Positions 12,701-24,694 of a stretch of 64,000 bases of DNA are shown one piece after another; positions within the stretch are counted from its first letter, which is position 1, and every line of letters begins with the position of its first letter. The notes under the pieces are model-generated. The model worked only from the letters and a program-made list of their open reading frames with translations, was not told the origin of the DNA and made no database searches. This DNA is from Oculina patagonica (lineage: Eukaryota). Made by a program: the position numbers and the translations under genes. The stretch covers positions 24,118,001 to 24,182,000 of the forward strand of contig NC_135764.1 in NCBI RefSeq assembly GCF_052425735.1. Reading direction: 5' to 3'.

Positions 12701-15659
12701 GCCAGTTCTGACAAATGGACAGCACCCTAAAGCCTGGGCCAAACGAGGATGAGAGTTGATGAGAGTTCAAAACTCTCGCTCTCGTTTGGCATGGAACTCT
12801 CATGCACTCTCATGCGCTCTCATGCGCTCTCATCGACTTTGAACGTGTTCAAATTTTTCATGAGAGTCAATGAAAGTTTTCTCTCGTTTGGCTCGAGTTG
12901 ATGATAGTCGATGAGAGTTGACGTAAACTCTCATGAGAGTCAACTCTCATCAACTCTCATCCTCGTTTGGCCCGGGCTTTAGAGCGCGAAAAACCTCAGA
13001 TCGTACGTACTGATGTAGTAGCTTTAATATCGTTTCTAGACGTAGCTTTAATTAGTGACAATCTTTCTCCTTACAGGTCCACCTTGTGCTCCTTCTGATT
13101 GCTGTTTCTTCTTGCTGCTGCACTGGAAGGCCACAAACGATAAAATGCCTTATTCAATCATATTTTCGAAAGATGCACGGCAGTGGTCAAGCAGGGAATG
13201 GAAACCTTCTGCGGGTCCATTTGCAGTTGAACGCCCCTTTTGCTCCGACTCGATTGTCTTTTACTGGTTCCTGCAATGACTCTGCACAATATACCGGTCA
13301 GTAATCTATGAAGCATTATAATAAACGTGATGATGATATATATATATAAATACAAGTGTTAACTTGATTAAAACCACTTCAGGAAATAATTCATCAATTA
13401 AGTTGCGGATGCGACCCTTAGGTGACAATTAAAAAGTGGCAAAGCTGGCAAACCTTCAAACGAGGCTCTCACGCACGGAGAGAGGGAATTACGGTGCCTA
13501 AAATGTAATTTTAATTTGGAACTAATTTGTAAGAATAGCTTAAAAAAAACGACACTTGCCTATTCTTGCACAAGGTTTTGGCAAACAGCCAAGCACTTCC
13601 CTATTTTTAACTTTTATGCCTTTTTTAAAGGGGTAACTGTCACGGCGATTTTTCTGCTTTTCGGTAAGAAGTACTAAATTGGCGAAGCGGTCTTGCGCGT
13701 ACTTATAATACACCGAGTTCGTCAAGATGAAGATATAAAGTAGTTGTTAAAGGAGAATGGAGCAATTATTATTTTAAGCTATTTTTCCAGGCCATAACGG
13801 CAGAACTAGGAAAAATCAGCCTGGCTTTTTCACTGGTTGAGATCTAAAGTTCCTGATGGCATCACAGTAATATCAATAGTTAATAGCTTCGGTACACTGG
13901 CACCCAGGGGGGGTACTCCGGGATCAAAGTGACGGGGATGATCGAGTGGAGGCAAAACTCAGGACCCAAAAAAATCCCTGAGTCTTCCCACATTGCCCAA
14001 AAAAATCCCTGGACCAAAAAAAACGCCCAAAAAAATCCCTAGTCAAATTACCCCTAAATTGCCAAGGCCGCGCTAAGGCACTTTAGTTTGATTTTAATAC
14101 CCAAAAAAGTCCCCTATTTAAATCAAGTCACCCAAAAAAATACCTGCCAAATTCTCCTACCCAAAAAAATCCCGGAATCGAAAATTTCGACCCCAAAAAA
14201 ATCCTTCGCACATCCCCGTCACTTGGACCCCGGAGTACCCCCCCCCCCCCCCTGGGCACTGGCATAGTAATTTTTTTACAAAACTGGACGACTATTGGTA
14301 GGTTTCCATGCTTCAATTTTTGAAGTAAAGCTCGCGACAGTGTCCCTTTAACTGTAAATTTACTGAACGAATTTTATGATATAGCTGAAAAGACAACCCC
14401 TAAAGAAAAAATATATTTTTTGTTACTTTTGGTTAAACCTAAAACGGCTCGAAACGGAGATAATAATAATATTACGTAACAACCAAATCTCTCGCAGATA
14501 GCTACAACTGAAAGGGTGTTTGAAACTTGCTGTGTTTTTTTTTTTTATATTTTTTTTTCTGGTCTTGTTTGTTACAGAATTTCAAATGCTTAAGACAACC
14601 GAAAATGGATCATTGCTTGTTAGTTTCCAGTGGAATCATAAACATAGTTATATGGTAGTATTACGAAACAAAACTTTGGTAATCGAGGTAAGTGAACTGT
14701 TTTATAAGGTGCAAGGTTACACTAGGCTTTCTTAAAACTAGCTATCCGTCAGATCGAAAGCAGCCGGAAAGTGATTTATTTTAAGGTAAAAATGGTCATC
14801 TTTAATTTATAATGAGGAAGCACGGGTCAGAGCTCGATTGAATTAGATTTAATCCAATACAACTCACTTATAAGATCATTATCGCTGGCGCCATTTTGCT
14901 CGGTAAGCAAATACGTCGGAAATTATTACTATTACTTTTATTAAAATCCGATATAGAAGAATTTCCGAAAAAAAAAAACAACAACATAAATTACAAGTTC
15001 AAGATACTAGCCACTATATTTGACTGATTAAATCTGAGAGATGCGGTTTTACAATAGCTATAGTTTTATCATCTTTTTTTGTACATTTGTCTATATTTCT
15101 GCGCTAAACGATCCTTTCCAAAATAATATACAAAGAAATGTATGGAAAAACAAAAAATGTCATAAAGCGAAGCCGCTTCCCATGTTGAAGTAGCTTTCCA
15201 TCCATGTAAAACCTTTCATGTTTATTATCGGAAAATTCCCAAAGAGCGCATGTAAAGAAGAAGATGCAAAATGAATTGTTTGTAAACGAGGTTTAGGGGG
15301 TGAATCTTGAGCAAGCGATGTAAATACACAAAACCTAGGATTCTAATCTTTTAGCTTAAGAACTGTATTTACTTTGTTTTTTCCTTATAATTTAATAGCA
15401 CATCAACAACCTAAGCCATGACGACGAATTCGTATTCGAGTGCGCTACAACTTCCACAACCGACTGCACATTCACTACCCTGAAGAGCTTCAAGAGCGTC
15501 TCGTCAGGACCGACAAAAGAAGATACCTATATCAGGACCGACAGCACTGGACAACCATTGGTTGGTTTCAATTCTGCTGACGTCACAGCTTGGTTTAATA
15601 TCCTGAAAACCAGTAAAAAATGTCCTTTAAATAGAAAACAACCGACTACTTGTAATTGA
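9773..15659 (+). CDS. Secreted divergent FGF-like (beta-trefoil) protein A, 210 aa
   Basis: Exons 9773-9814 (putative), 13077-13296, 14578-14687 and 15399-15659; GT-AG, phases 0/1/0, open over 633 nt. Signal-like MRFLEIKDLAVTPKVHLVLLLIAVSSCCC. Core GNLLRVHL...FTGSC...EFQMLKTTENGSLLVSF...YMVVLRNKTL...DEFVFE...YIRTDSTGQPL...AWFNIL. Homologous exon by exon to the gene at 23207-24694. The gene model is more certain than the FGF label. Confidence 0.75.
12517..12727. mobile_element. MITE, PIF/Harbinger-like (TAA TSD)
   Basis: TIRs TCCATTTGTCAGAACTGG / CCAGTTCTGACAAATGGA; TAA at 12514-12516 and 12728-12730. Confidence 0.7.
12731..12978. mobile_element. Palindromic MITE, PIF/Harbinger-like (TAA/TTA flanks)
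   Basis: TIRs AGCCTGGGCCAAACGAGGATGAGAGTTGATGAGAGTT / AACTCTCATCAACTCTCATCCTCGTTTGGCCCGGGCT; internal ATGAGAG/CTCTCAT subrepeats. Confidence 0.8.
13629..14347. mobile_element. TTAA-flanked MITE (Kolobok-like) hosting a nested element
   Basis: TTAA|AGGGGTAACTGTCACG ... CGCGACAGTGTCCCT|TTAA. Confidence 0.6.
13903..14256. mobile_element. MITE with 8-bp TSD
   Basis: TIRs CCCAGGGGGGGTACTCCGGG..GTGACGGGGATG / CATCCCCGTCAC..CCCGGAGTACCCCC..CTGGG. Perfect TSD CACTGGCA at 13895-13902 and 14257-14264. Confidence 0.85.
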
Positions 15660-16889
15660 GAGAATTCCTGAACGATTCTCTCCAAGTTCCAATGTAGGAG
15701 CCGAAATTTTTTATCAGAGACTAGCTCGATAGTTTGAGGCTGCAACTTCTTTATAAACCACTGCTAGCTGATTGCATGAACATGACGTTGAAGAGTTTTT
15801 CTTTGAAAAATAACAAGGTCGGGTGTTTATCAAATCGGCTAGTAAAAGCTTTCATTGATAGTTTGCATAAAGGTAACAAAATCTGTTTGCTTTTGGAGGC
15901 GCGAACAGAGGCAGATATATAGAGTATCTGTAGAAAGAAACCAAAAAATGCTCAGTATTTTGCGCTTTATTTTACTTATAACCAAGTACCAGAAAAAATA
16001 AAAGATTTAGAAAATTACAGCAGTTATTGACGTCCCGCTTTGGAATACCAAGGCGGTAATAAGAGGGGTAGAATGTGGGGTAGAAGGCCAGTGAATGCAT
16101 TTGGTTCTAATTGGAACTCTTTAGCTAGCTTTTTGCAATTTTTACCGTTAGAAACTTTTTAAAATAGTTAAAAATGCTGTTTGTGAATTTTGAGATAAAC
16201 ACTTTATTGATGCACCGTCGATAATATTTCAAAACATTCTAACGATATTGGGAAATTGGCTACATTTTAGAATTGTAGATAACCGTGTCAAGAGCGGGTG
16301 TATTTTAGAAGTTGTATATAGGTAACACTAAATGTAATGTATAACTTGTAACGCGGTAGAACATTGAACCGGTATAGGAAATTGTAGATAGCAAATATGT
16401 AGAAATGTAGATAAGATAATATAGTATAACGAAGAAGTCAGAAAAAAAAATATTAGGAATCTCGCCAAACAAATCCCAGTACAGTCGTCCTGTCTTAGTC
16501 ATTGTGAAACGCGGTATTTCAAGAAACAAGCGTGACTATCCATGTAACAAAAACATTTTATTAACGACACAATAAAGGCAGTAATATTGAATGTGTAATT
16601 ATTGCTTCCCCGATGGTAACAATTATTTTTTCTGTACGTAAAAATTTATAAGTTAAAATGAAATGCAGGAACACGTCAAATAATCTATTTTGGTTTTCCA
16701 GCTTCTTGCCGCATGACGTTCTATCTACGTTGTTCTCAAAAATGCTAAAACAAAAATCAAACACGTTTGTTTTGACAAATCATTTTATTAGTGAAAAAGA
16801 AAACACCATTCTCAAACTTTCTCAAACTTTCTCAAACTACTATAAACTAAAGCAAAAGGATCGCTCAAACGCAACTTGTCTACAGGTAT

Positions 16890-19532
16890 TCAGCGTCGGC
16901 AACATGGCGGAGGGCAGGATCGGATGCATGTGTGAGAACACACCACTGGGCAGGGGCCGGGCATTGGGGGTGGAGCTGGGGGACCTGCAGCACCGGGGAG
17001 ACCAGGAGGTCCTAAAATGACAAAGAGGTAAAAATAAATCATGTTAATGCTGTCAGACGCACAATGGTTTTCTCTAACTTATGGCCAATTTATAAAGATA
17101 ACCCGCAAATATCTAAAAGTGTTGTTAGCAAATTATCACCCAATTTCGGCAACGTATGCACTCCAAGTTAAACTGATGTTTACTTCCTGTAATATGTAAC
17201 CGCAACTTGCAAAATATGTGGTAAAACGCGGTTTTTTCCCCACTAGCAATGCAACAATGCTGCGCGACAAGCCCACATTACTTTATTTCATCGAAAATCG
17301 TCGCCAAATTTAAACTTTTGCCTATAAATTTGACTTCTTATCACCAGATTCTCTAGATATAAAATACACTAGAAACAGTTTCCTCAAGGCATTCGAAAGA
17401 ACTATGCACATTCAGCAGATAAACAGGCTTCTTGTAGCACGGATTGACTCTCTTCAGTTTATGGATTGATCGAAAGGAAGACGACCTAAGTTGGAAGTTA
17501 CGAACGTTTTAATATTTAAAAAAAAAACGTTAAATTATGGACTAACCGGGCGGTCCAGAATCTCCAGGTTGGCCTTGGTTTCCGGGGGGTCCTGGTGGTC
17601 CCATGGGGCCATCACGTCCGGGTGGGCCTGTGGTTGAAAAAAACACAAATGATCGAATAAGATGTAGCCATCTACATGCAGTTGCTTCTATAACGAAAGA
17701 ACCTATTAATTGTCAAAGGAACTTTATTCCCTGGATTGCTCTTCGTCTTGAGACACTGACCGTTGACTGTTAATCGACCGTCAATTGGCCTAATTAACTT
17801 CTATTCGAGTCTCTCTTTGTCGTTTCCTATACATTGTCACGTTATGCAAGTACATACATACAAATGTCTACAGCAACACATTAACTGCATAGCTAGTGTT
17901 TATACTTGTTTCGTAAAACATACTCTTTTGGTGCGCTTCTTTAAGATGATCCGGAGCATGATCAATAATCCAAGATCACGCGCATCATGGTGCGTCAAAG
18001 GAGCCGATGAATCCTTGTCCAGAGTGGATCCTTTGGTTCCTTTGATGCACCACGATCCGAGTGATCTTGGATCACTGATTCTGATCCGGATCATCCCAAA
18101 GAAACGCCCCCTAAGAGTATGATTTAGGCAGCAAGTACAAACACCAGCCATGTTGCAAACGTAACATTTATGGATCATTCTTGGTTTATTCTCGAAGTTA
18201 ACTACAACGTTTACCTGCTGGGGCTCCTGGAAGTCCTGGAAGACCGACGGGGCCTGGGAGACCGATCGGCCCTGATGGTCCCTTAGGGCCGTCAGGTCCT
18301 GGAGGTCCTTGTGGTCCCATTGGTCCGTCCATACCTGGGGGACCAGGTGGTGGTGGAGGAGGGGGAGGAGGTGGAGGTGGTGGTGGGGGAGGGGGTGGTG
18401 GAGGAGCTGGCGAACAACATGTTACTTGACAAGCAGGAGCGCAGGATGAGGGACATCCTGGTGGACACGGATTGGGGCTTCTTTTGTAGTGCCGTAAGTG
18501 TTCTGCAAAAAACAACAACAACAAGTAATTAGAAACTTTATCTAACACCACATGTATGATGACCAGTAATGACAACAGATATTTCGCTATTTACTAAATA
18601 AAATATTTTGGTTTGTGGTTGTAAGGCAATGCATAAACAAAATGGTGATAGAGAGCCAAAAAGTGAGTCAACAGAGCTTAAATTTGAACACTTAATTTCT
18701 TCTTACAATATCAATACATTGTCAAGCAGGCAGGTGATGAGAGCATTGAGAATCATCAACCAGGGGAAAGTGAATTGATATAATACCAAATCATTATCAA
18801 GCTTAGATCGGCTAAGAGTGCAACGAATTCATTGCAATCAGCACAGACTCAACCTCAGGAAAATATTAGGAAAAAGTCACTCCAAATAATGTTATATCAG
18901 GCCTTTATGTATTTACTGTCGACATGAGTAAGAAATTCGGAGAACTGCTCCAAAAAGCATCTGGCTAAACGTAATTGTCACGGTATTTTTCTTATCTACA
19001 AATTTACCTTTAAATTGAAGGAAACCTTAAAATATTTTTTCTACGGCAGAAAATCATCGAAAAAGTATTAAGGATAGTATTAACTGCGGACGATTAAGAG
19101 CAATTGTAAACAACAAACTTGAAACAATTAACCAATTTTTAAACTAAGACGATGGCAAGGATTTCCTCATTATTTATGAATGATAAACGGTGTTCCCATT
19201 CACCGGGAATGGCGCGGGCTACCTACAATTTACCAATCAAGAGCTTTTGTAACATACAGTTAACAAATTACTGGTCATTTTTAGTTAAAAGACCATTAAA
19301 ATTGTGATAAGAAAATTCTCCTCTTGGCCTCGTGCTAGCTTAACTTTTTAAAATTCTTGAAGTTAACTTATTAGTAGCTGGGATCAACTGTGATGTAATA
19401 GGTCTAGTAGTGCAGTACCTGTCAGTGATTCACACGTTAAACTAAAGAATACGGAGGACTCTTACCGAGAGAAGTCGCCGAGGCGAGTGAAGCGATGTAG
19501 AGGACAGAACCCAACACCAGTAGTAAATTCAT
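16890..19532 (-). CDS. Minicollagen (nematocyst capsule wall protein) 1, 185 aa
   Basis: Exons 19532-19466, 18502-18215, 17627-17547 and 17011-16890, all phase 1. Signal peptide [21 protein letters not shown] propeptide site, [22 protein letters not shown], polyPro, 14+13 Gly-X-Y triplets, [22 protein letters not shown]. Probable 5'UTR exon ending near 20741. Confidence 0.95.
17930..18113. mobile_element. Palindromic MITE in a minicollagen 1 intron
   Basis: Imperfect full-length palindrome: GATGATCCGGA..ATCCAAGATCAC..GGTGCGTCAAAGGA / TCCTTTGATGCACC..GTGATCTTGGAT..TCCGGATCATC. Confidence 0.75.
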
Positions 19533-20794
19533 CTGTCAAGAAAAAAAAAGACATTGTTATCTCACTGATTTATAAATCCCTCAACATTTTACTTCCCATA
19601 GACTAAGCATCTATTTTCTCCTTGCATATATATCAACACACAGACAAGTAAAAATCATCAAAATCATCAACTAAAGAATGTTGTCTTCATTAATCATCCA
19701 AATCTCAGGACAAAAAATAAAGCAAATAAACGTCAAGCAGGGAAGAGGAACTACAGTTTCGAACTTGGTTCTGAGCGAATTAAAAAAACTTAATTTTGAC
19801 TGCCAACATATGGCAGTAGAAGTGATGTTTTGCAAAGTTAATTAAGTTATGAAAACTACTACATTATACGGAAGAAAACACGCGTTAAAATGAAAACATC
19901 ACGAGAACAAGCAGAGAAAATAATTCAGCAGCTTTAAAACTCGTTTTAAAAACATCTCACTAAGAAATGCTCGATTCTTAGTTTTCACTGCCTTTCGCAT
20001 TTAATATGTGCATCATAAATTAAGATACGTGTATTCGAAGCGGCGGGATCACAAGAGTAAAAAAAACTGACCTTATTTAATCTCGTTTCTCCGTCTCCCA
20101 ATAAATTTATAACAACGGGAAACAGAAAGAACTAGTATTCTAAAGATCACTGTCTTATAAACCGTATTAGTAAATCATCGATGAAGACCTTCCAGGCAAC
20201 AAGCGAACCTTTTTTTAACTGATTGTGTTGTCGTCGTAAATTCGATTCATTTGTCATAACATAAATGTTGTAAAATTATAACTTCTTTATTGTGATTTGG
20301 ATAGTATTGAAAGCTGAAAAGCGTTTTGGTATGCGATTTTTTCGGTGAGCACGGAGTTCTTCGAAGTGAACAAAGGCGCCCGACTTACTGCTAAATTTGA
20401 GATTAAGAAAGATAAACTAAAGAAGGAAAAAGAAAAGGAAACAATGCAATGTTCATAATAACCAATAGATCTGAATTTAACAATGTCCAAGAAATGACTG
20501 TAAGCTTATTTTAATTTAGGATGTAAACAGATTTAGCGACTTTAAAGTTATCTCCGTAAATTCAAAACAATCAATCTAAAATCAAAATAATGTGACTCAT
20601 TCTACACAGATATTTATAAATAAAGTCAGTTGGGAGACCCATAATATTTTGCTAAGTAATTATCAAACGATAAAATTAGTCTTAAGAAAAAAATGGACAA
20701 AGTTAAAAGCAAATAAAAGGCAAAGTGTAATCTTCCTTACCCTTGCAGTTGCAAAGCTGTCGGCGAATATGGTTCGCGTCTTTCAACTTCAGGC

Positions 20795-20827
20795 CCTTAA
20801 ACGTCTCTACACTGCTGAATAATTAAT
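20795..20827 (-). promoter_or_regulatory. Putative minicollagen 1 core promoter: TATA-like element plus POU4-type motif
   Basis: TTTAAGG on the minus strand (20801-20795) and TGAATAATTAAT at 20816-20827, just upstream of a short exon ending in AGG|GTAAGG near 20741. Confidence 0.4.
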
Positions 20828-23206
20828 TACTTTCTTTTTAGGTTCATCTGGTCTTTTAACGCTTCACGAGCTTAAGCCGGCTGGTAGAGCAACGAAACTG
20901 ATCAAGCATTCCAGAGCAAAGTTCCTTCGAAAATAGAAGACTTGATCGACACTGCCATCACAGACAATTTTGTTGTAAAAAATGGTTCACCACAATTTTT
21001 GGAAGCAACGAGTTACCGTCGTGTCGGTATAAACTGTTGCTTTATAGGCTCTCTTAGGCTTTTCACCCATATTACGTCATTTAGCAAGAGGTTGGGACGA
21101 ATCCATTGTTCGAAAAGCAGGTTACACAATTGAATCGAGGCGGGTGGCAGTTTGCATTTACGAGATTTTTTGGGCGGATGGCAAAAAATTACAGATAAGC
21201 TGACAAACGACGAGGATCGGCAAAAGTGGCTTTGAAGCAACCAAGCACTGTAAGGAATGGGAACACAGGAAAAAAAAAAACAATATGACGCGAAAAAAGA
21301 AGTTGTTTAAAGCTTTTAAACTGTAACATGTTTTACATTTTTCCACTATGAATGAGACCTACATAGCGAACGAGCTCTCAAATCGACCGTGAACTAGTTC
21401 CTTTCTTTTCAGGGACTGGTACCTGTTAAGGCGAGCTTCTTGGGGAAAACCATTTTTCTCGCGACTACTTTGATTCTTGATATCCCGAGGAATATACAAA
21501 TACATTTGCAATCATATACATCTACATTTCTTGATTAGTTTCCTTCAAAAAAAAAAAAAACCAATTTCCTCATATACTTTGTGTTACTTCAACTGGAAAA
21601 AATTGCTAACGCATAAGCATTGAAAGATTCTTCAATTGTTTCTTCCTAATGCAGGTGACCATAAAATGAAACTTTCAAAACTTATCCTAACATATTTTGC
21701 TTTACAGTCAACCCAGTTAAATTTTTTTCTGGGTCAATCATATGAATATAAAATACAATAGGATTTTACTCTAGTTTTATCACTATCTTAAACTGGGCCC
21801 ATGAACTACCAGCCACGAAAAGTGTGTCACCAGCACAAACTGTCCTTTTTCGGTCGGTGGCCACGTTTGTGATATTTGATTGGCTGAAATCGACTTGGCT
21901 TTGTTTTGTTTCACATCTGGAGAATTAATTTTACAAATAACTTAACGCCTCACAGCACGTTTGACAATAACTCACCGAAATTTGGAAGAGAAAAATTATT
22001 TTCTTGTCCTTTAGGTTCATGTCGTTTACTGCAAGGCTAAGACGTAAAAAGAAATTGCCGCATATTTTGAAGTGAAAGAAGGTAGGACTTAAGTATGCTT
22101 ATTTGATTTAATTTTGTTTGAAATTTGAAATGCTGCATAGAACGTTCAGTCAAAATAAGGCATTTATTGGTATTTCACGGCTTCTAAAGAAAAGAATAAT
22201 AAATGTGCAACCACACTGAGGTCTAACAGGTGGAAAAACGTCCTTTGTTCTCAGTTTTAACGCCAAGCGAAGTCGCTTCGTAAAACGGTTACTACTATTT
22301 ATTCTTGACAAAGTAATCATAGAAAAAGGTCTACACGGCGATCATGGTCAATTTTTTAAACCAGTTGGCCTCATGATCAGAACAATCACCGTGCAAGAGT
22401 GGTAAGAGGAACTAATTGTTTGTTTAGAAATTTAACGTAAAGATGATTTTACAGCTTGTTAAATTTTCGATAATATTTAGGATAGGGCTGTACACAGATA
22501 AGAAATTAGATTCATCAAAACGGTATGGGACGGTACAAACAATGAGAAGATTAGGATACGTAAACTCAACAAAGTTCTTTTAAGTTCCGTGGGCCCACAT
22601 TAATCCGTGATAAAGTGCAGGAAGTTCTTACAGAAGCATATGATGTGCTTTTGGTTCTTAGCATATTTACAATGGCGAAACTTTCAAGAAGAAAATTTAT
22701 TCTGTGCATAACTCAGAGATCAGTTCATAAGAAAAGAAAAAAAATGATCACATTTTTTTTTCACTAAATGCTAATCAAGCTTAACTTACAAAACTTTTTT
22801 CGTCCACATGAGGCCAAATATAATTAAAAGTACGCCTCGTTATGTGCATGACCAAACTATTGAAAAATGAGTCAAAAAATGTTGATTTAGAGGCACATGT
22901 ATATCAAACTTTAAGTGGTCGAAAGAACTCCTTAAACGTTTCCATTTCTTTGTTTTCATAAACGCTAATTAGTGCTTTATGAAGAGCATGTCCAGCTCAC
23001 GGTTTTGTTTCGAGTATTTCACTGAGATTCCCAATTGACCATCATTTAATTTTTAAGTTCATCACACGTTTTATTTTTACAGATCAAGGGCAGGAAAGCT
23101 TTCTCTTTCCATAAAATGATACAATTCAAATTATTCTTTGGTTAATTTTTTGTAACAAAAACATATGTTTAATGAGAACGCAGGATACCTATTTACAACC
23201 TTACAA

Positions 23207-24694
23207 TTAGGGGCAAGCAGAATTCGTGATTTCAAACCATGCCATGCGCCCTGTCACACCTTCCATAAAAGGGAGTCCAAACGAATCTGACTTTACGTAC
23301 AAATGCGGCACTGAGAATGTTTCCAGTTTATTCAGGCCCGCATAGCACTCGTCACAGGCCGACTTTAAAATGAACCAATGGTCTCTGGAAAATCCAGCTT
23401 GAGGAGCAAACTAGAAGTGCAAAACAGATAAAAAAATCTTTAAATTAGGGAACCAGATAGATATTTTAAAGAATCAGGTGATAAAAAGTACGACGAATTT
23501 TCTTACCTTAATAATTAGAGTTCCTTGCTTTACAGCCAGTACATAATGAGTATTTTCTGTCCATCGGAAAGAAGCTACCATTGTACCATTTATGACCTCT
23601 AGCTTTTCAGTGAAGTCTTAAAATGTTTAAGAAGACAAGAACATAGGTAAGTTGACTGTACGGATTTCTTAGTGAATTTTCTGAAAGCGTAAAGCGAAGC
23701 ACCTTACAACGTTAGGAGAATTCGAAGGTCCGAACGTGCCTTTATCTCTTGTTTTTTTTTTTGCAAAATTGTGAACCAAGCTGCCATAAATTTTCAAAAC
23801 AGAATAAGACTATCACTTCCCCAATACGGACCGAACAAGGTAGTTCAATAATGTAGTTGTTATATTGGCTTTTTTACAATTTTGCTTACGAATAAGATGT
23901 CCACAATCCGAATTTGGCACCAATCTCGGGAATTAACCCTAAGAGTTGCTAAAATAACAAACTTTAACTCACTTGTAAACCTTAAGGTGGCGCTGTCACA
24001 AGTGCCCGTGAATGTCACATTGGTTGGTATACCTCTGTTATTCAAATGAACCCGAAGAAGGTTTCCTCCTCCAGAGCCGTACATCCGAGCAAAAAACGAT
24101 TGAATTTGGCACGTGGAGTGCTGTGGTATGGCATGGTCAACAAAGACAGCCTGAACTGTTGACAGCAGCAAAAGTGAGATCTAAAAAAATGAGTAAATAA
24201 AGTTGTTAAAGTCAATGCGATGGTAGCGTATCTATAATGAAAAATTGTAATGTGGTATACGGCATTTAAGAACTAAAACTGTCCAAGCAACAACACAACG
24301 CTATGAAGCTTAATTTTAATTTATAGCTGTGGACTGGTCTTATTTTTTAACATTGTTCAACTATGATGTAGATAGGTCGACTGAATAGCAGTTTAAGATT
24401 GCACAGATGTACGAAAAAAGTGCATCCTACTGTTAAATTTAAGTGAATCAAGTCAAATCGTGAGTTTGCTTTCTCGGTGAAACAAAATGCAATAAAAGAA
24501 ACCACCCAAGAGTTCAACTTCTGATCATTAGGTTTAGTCTAACACAAATTCTTTAGATGCTGTCAGTCATCGATGCCATGACAAATGGTATCGTGGTTCA
24601 ACGTAAATATTTACTGATGCGAGCTCTAAAGGTGTGGCCACAAGAATAGGATCATATAGCTTGGCATCGATCCATTTACCTTTAGGCTAAGCAT
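23207..24694 (-). CDS. Secreted divergent FGF-like (beta-trefoil) protein B, 178 aa
   Basis: Exons 24694-24680, 24180-23973, 23616-23507 and 23410-23207; phases 0/1/0, open over 537 nt. Signal MLSLKISLLLLSTVQA. Core CQIQSFFARMYGSGGGNLLRVHL...FTGTC...NGTMVASFRW...YVLAVKQGTL...YVKSDSFGLPF...AWFEI..CP*. The middle exon is 110 nt, as in paralogue A. Confidence 0.78.
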
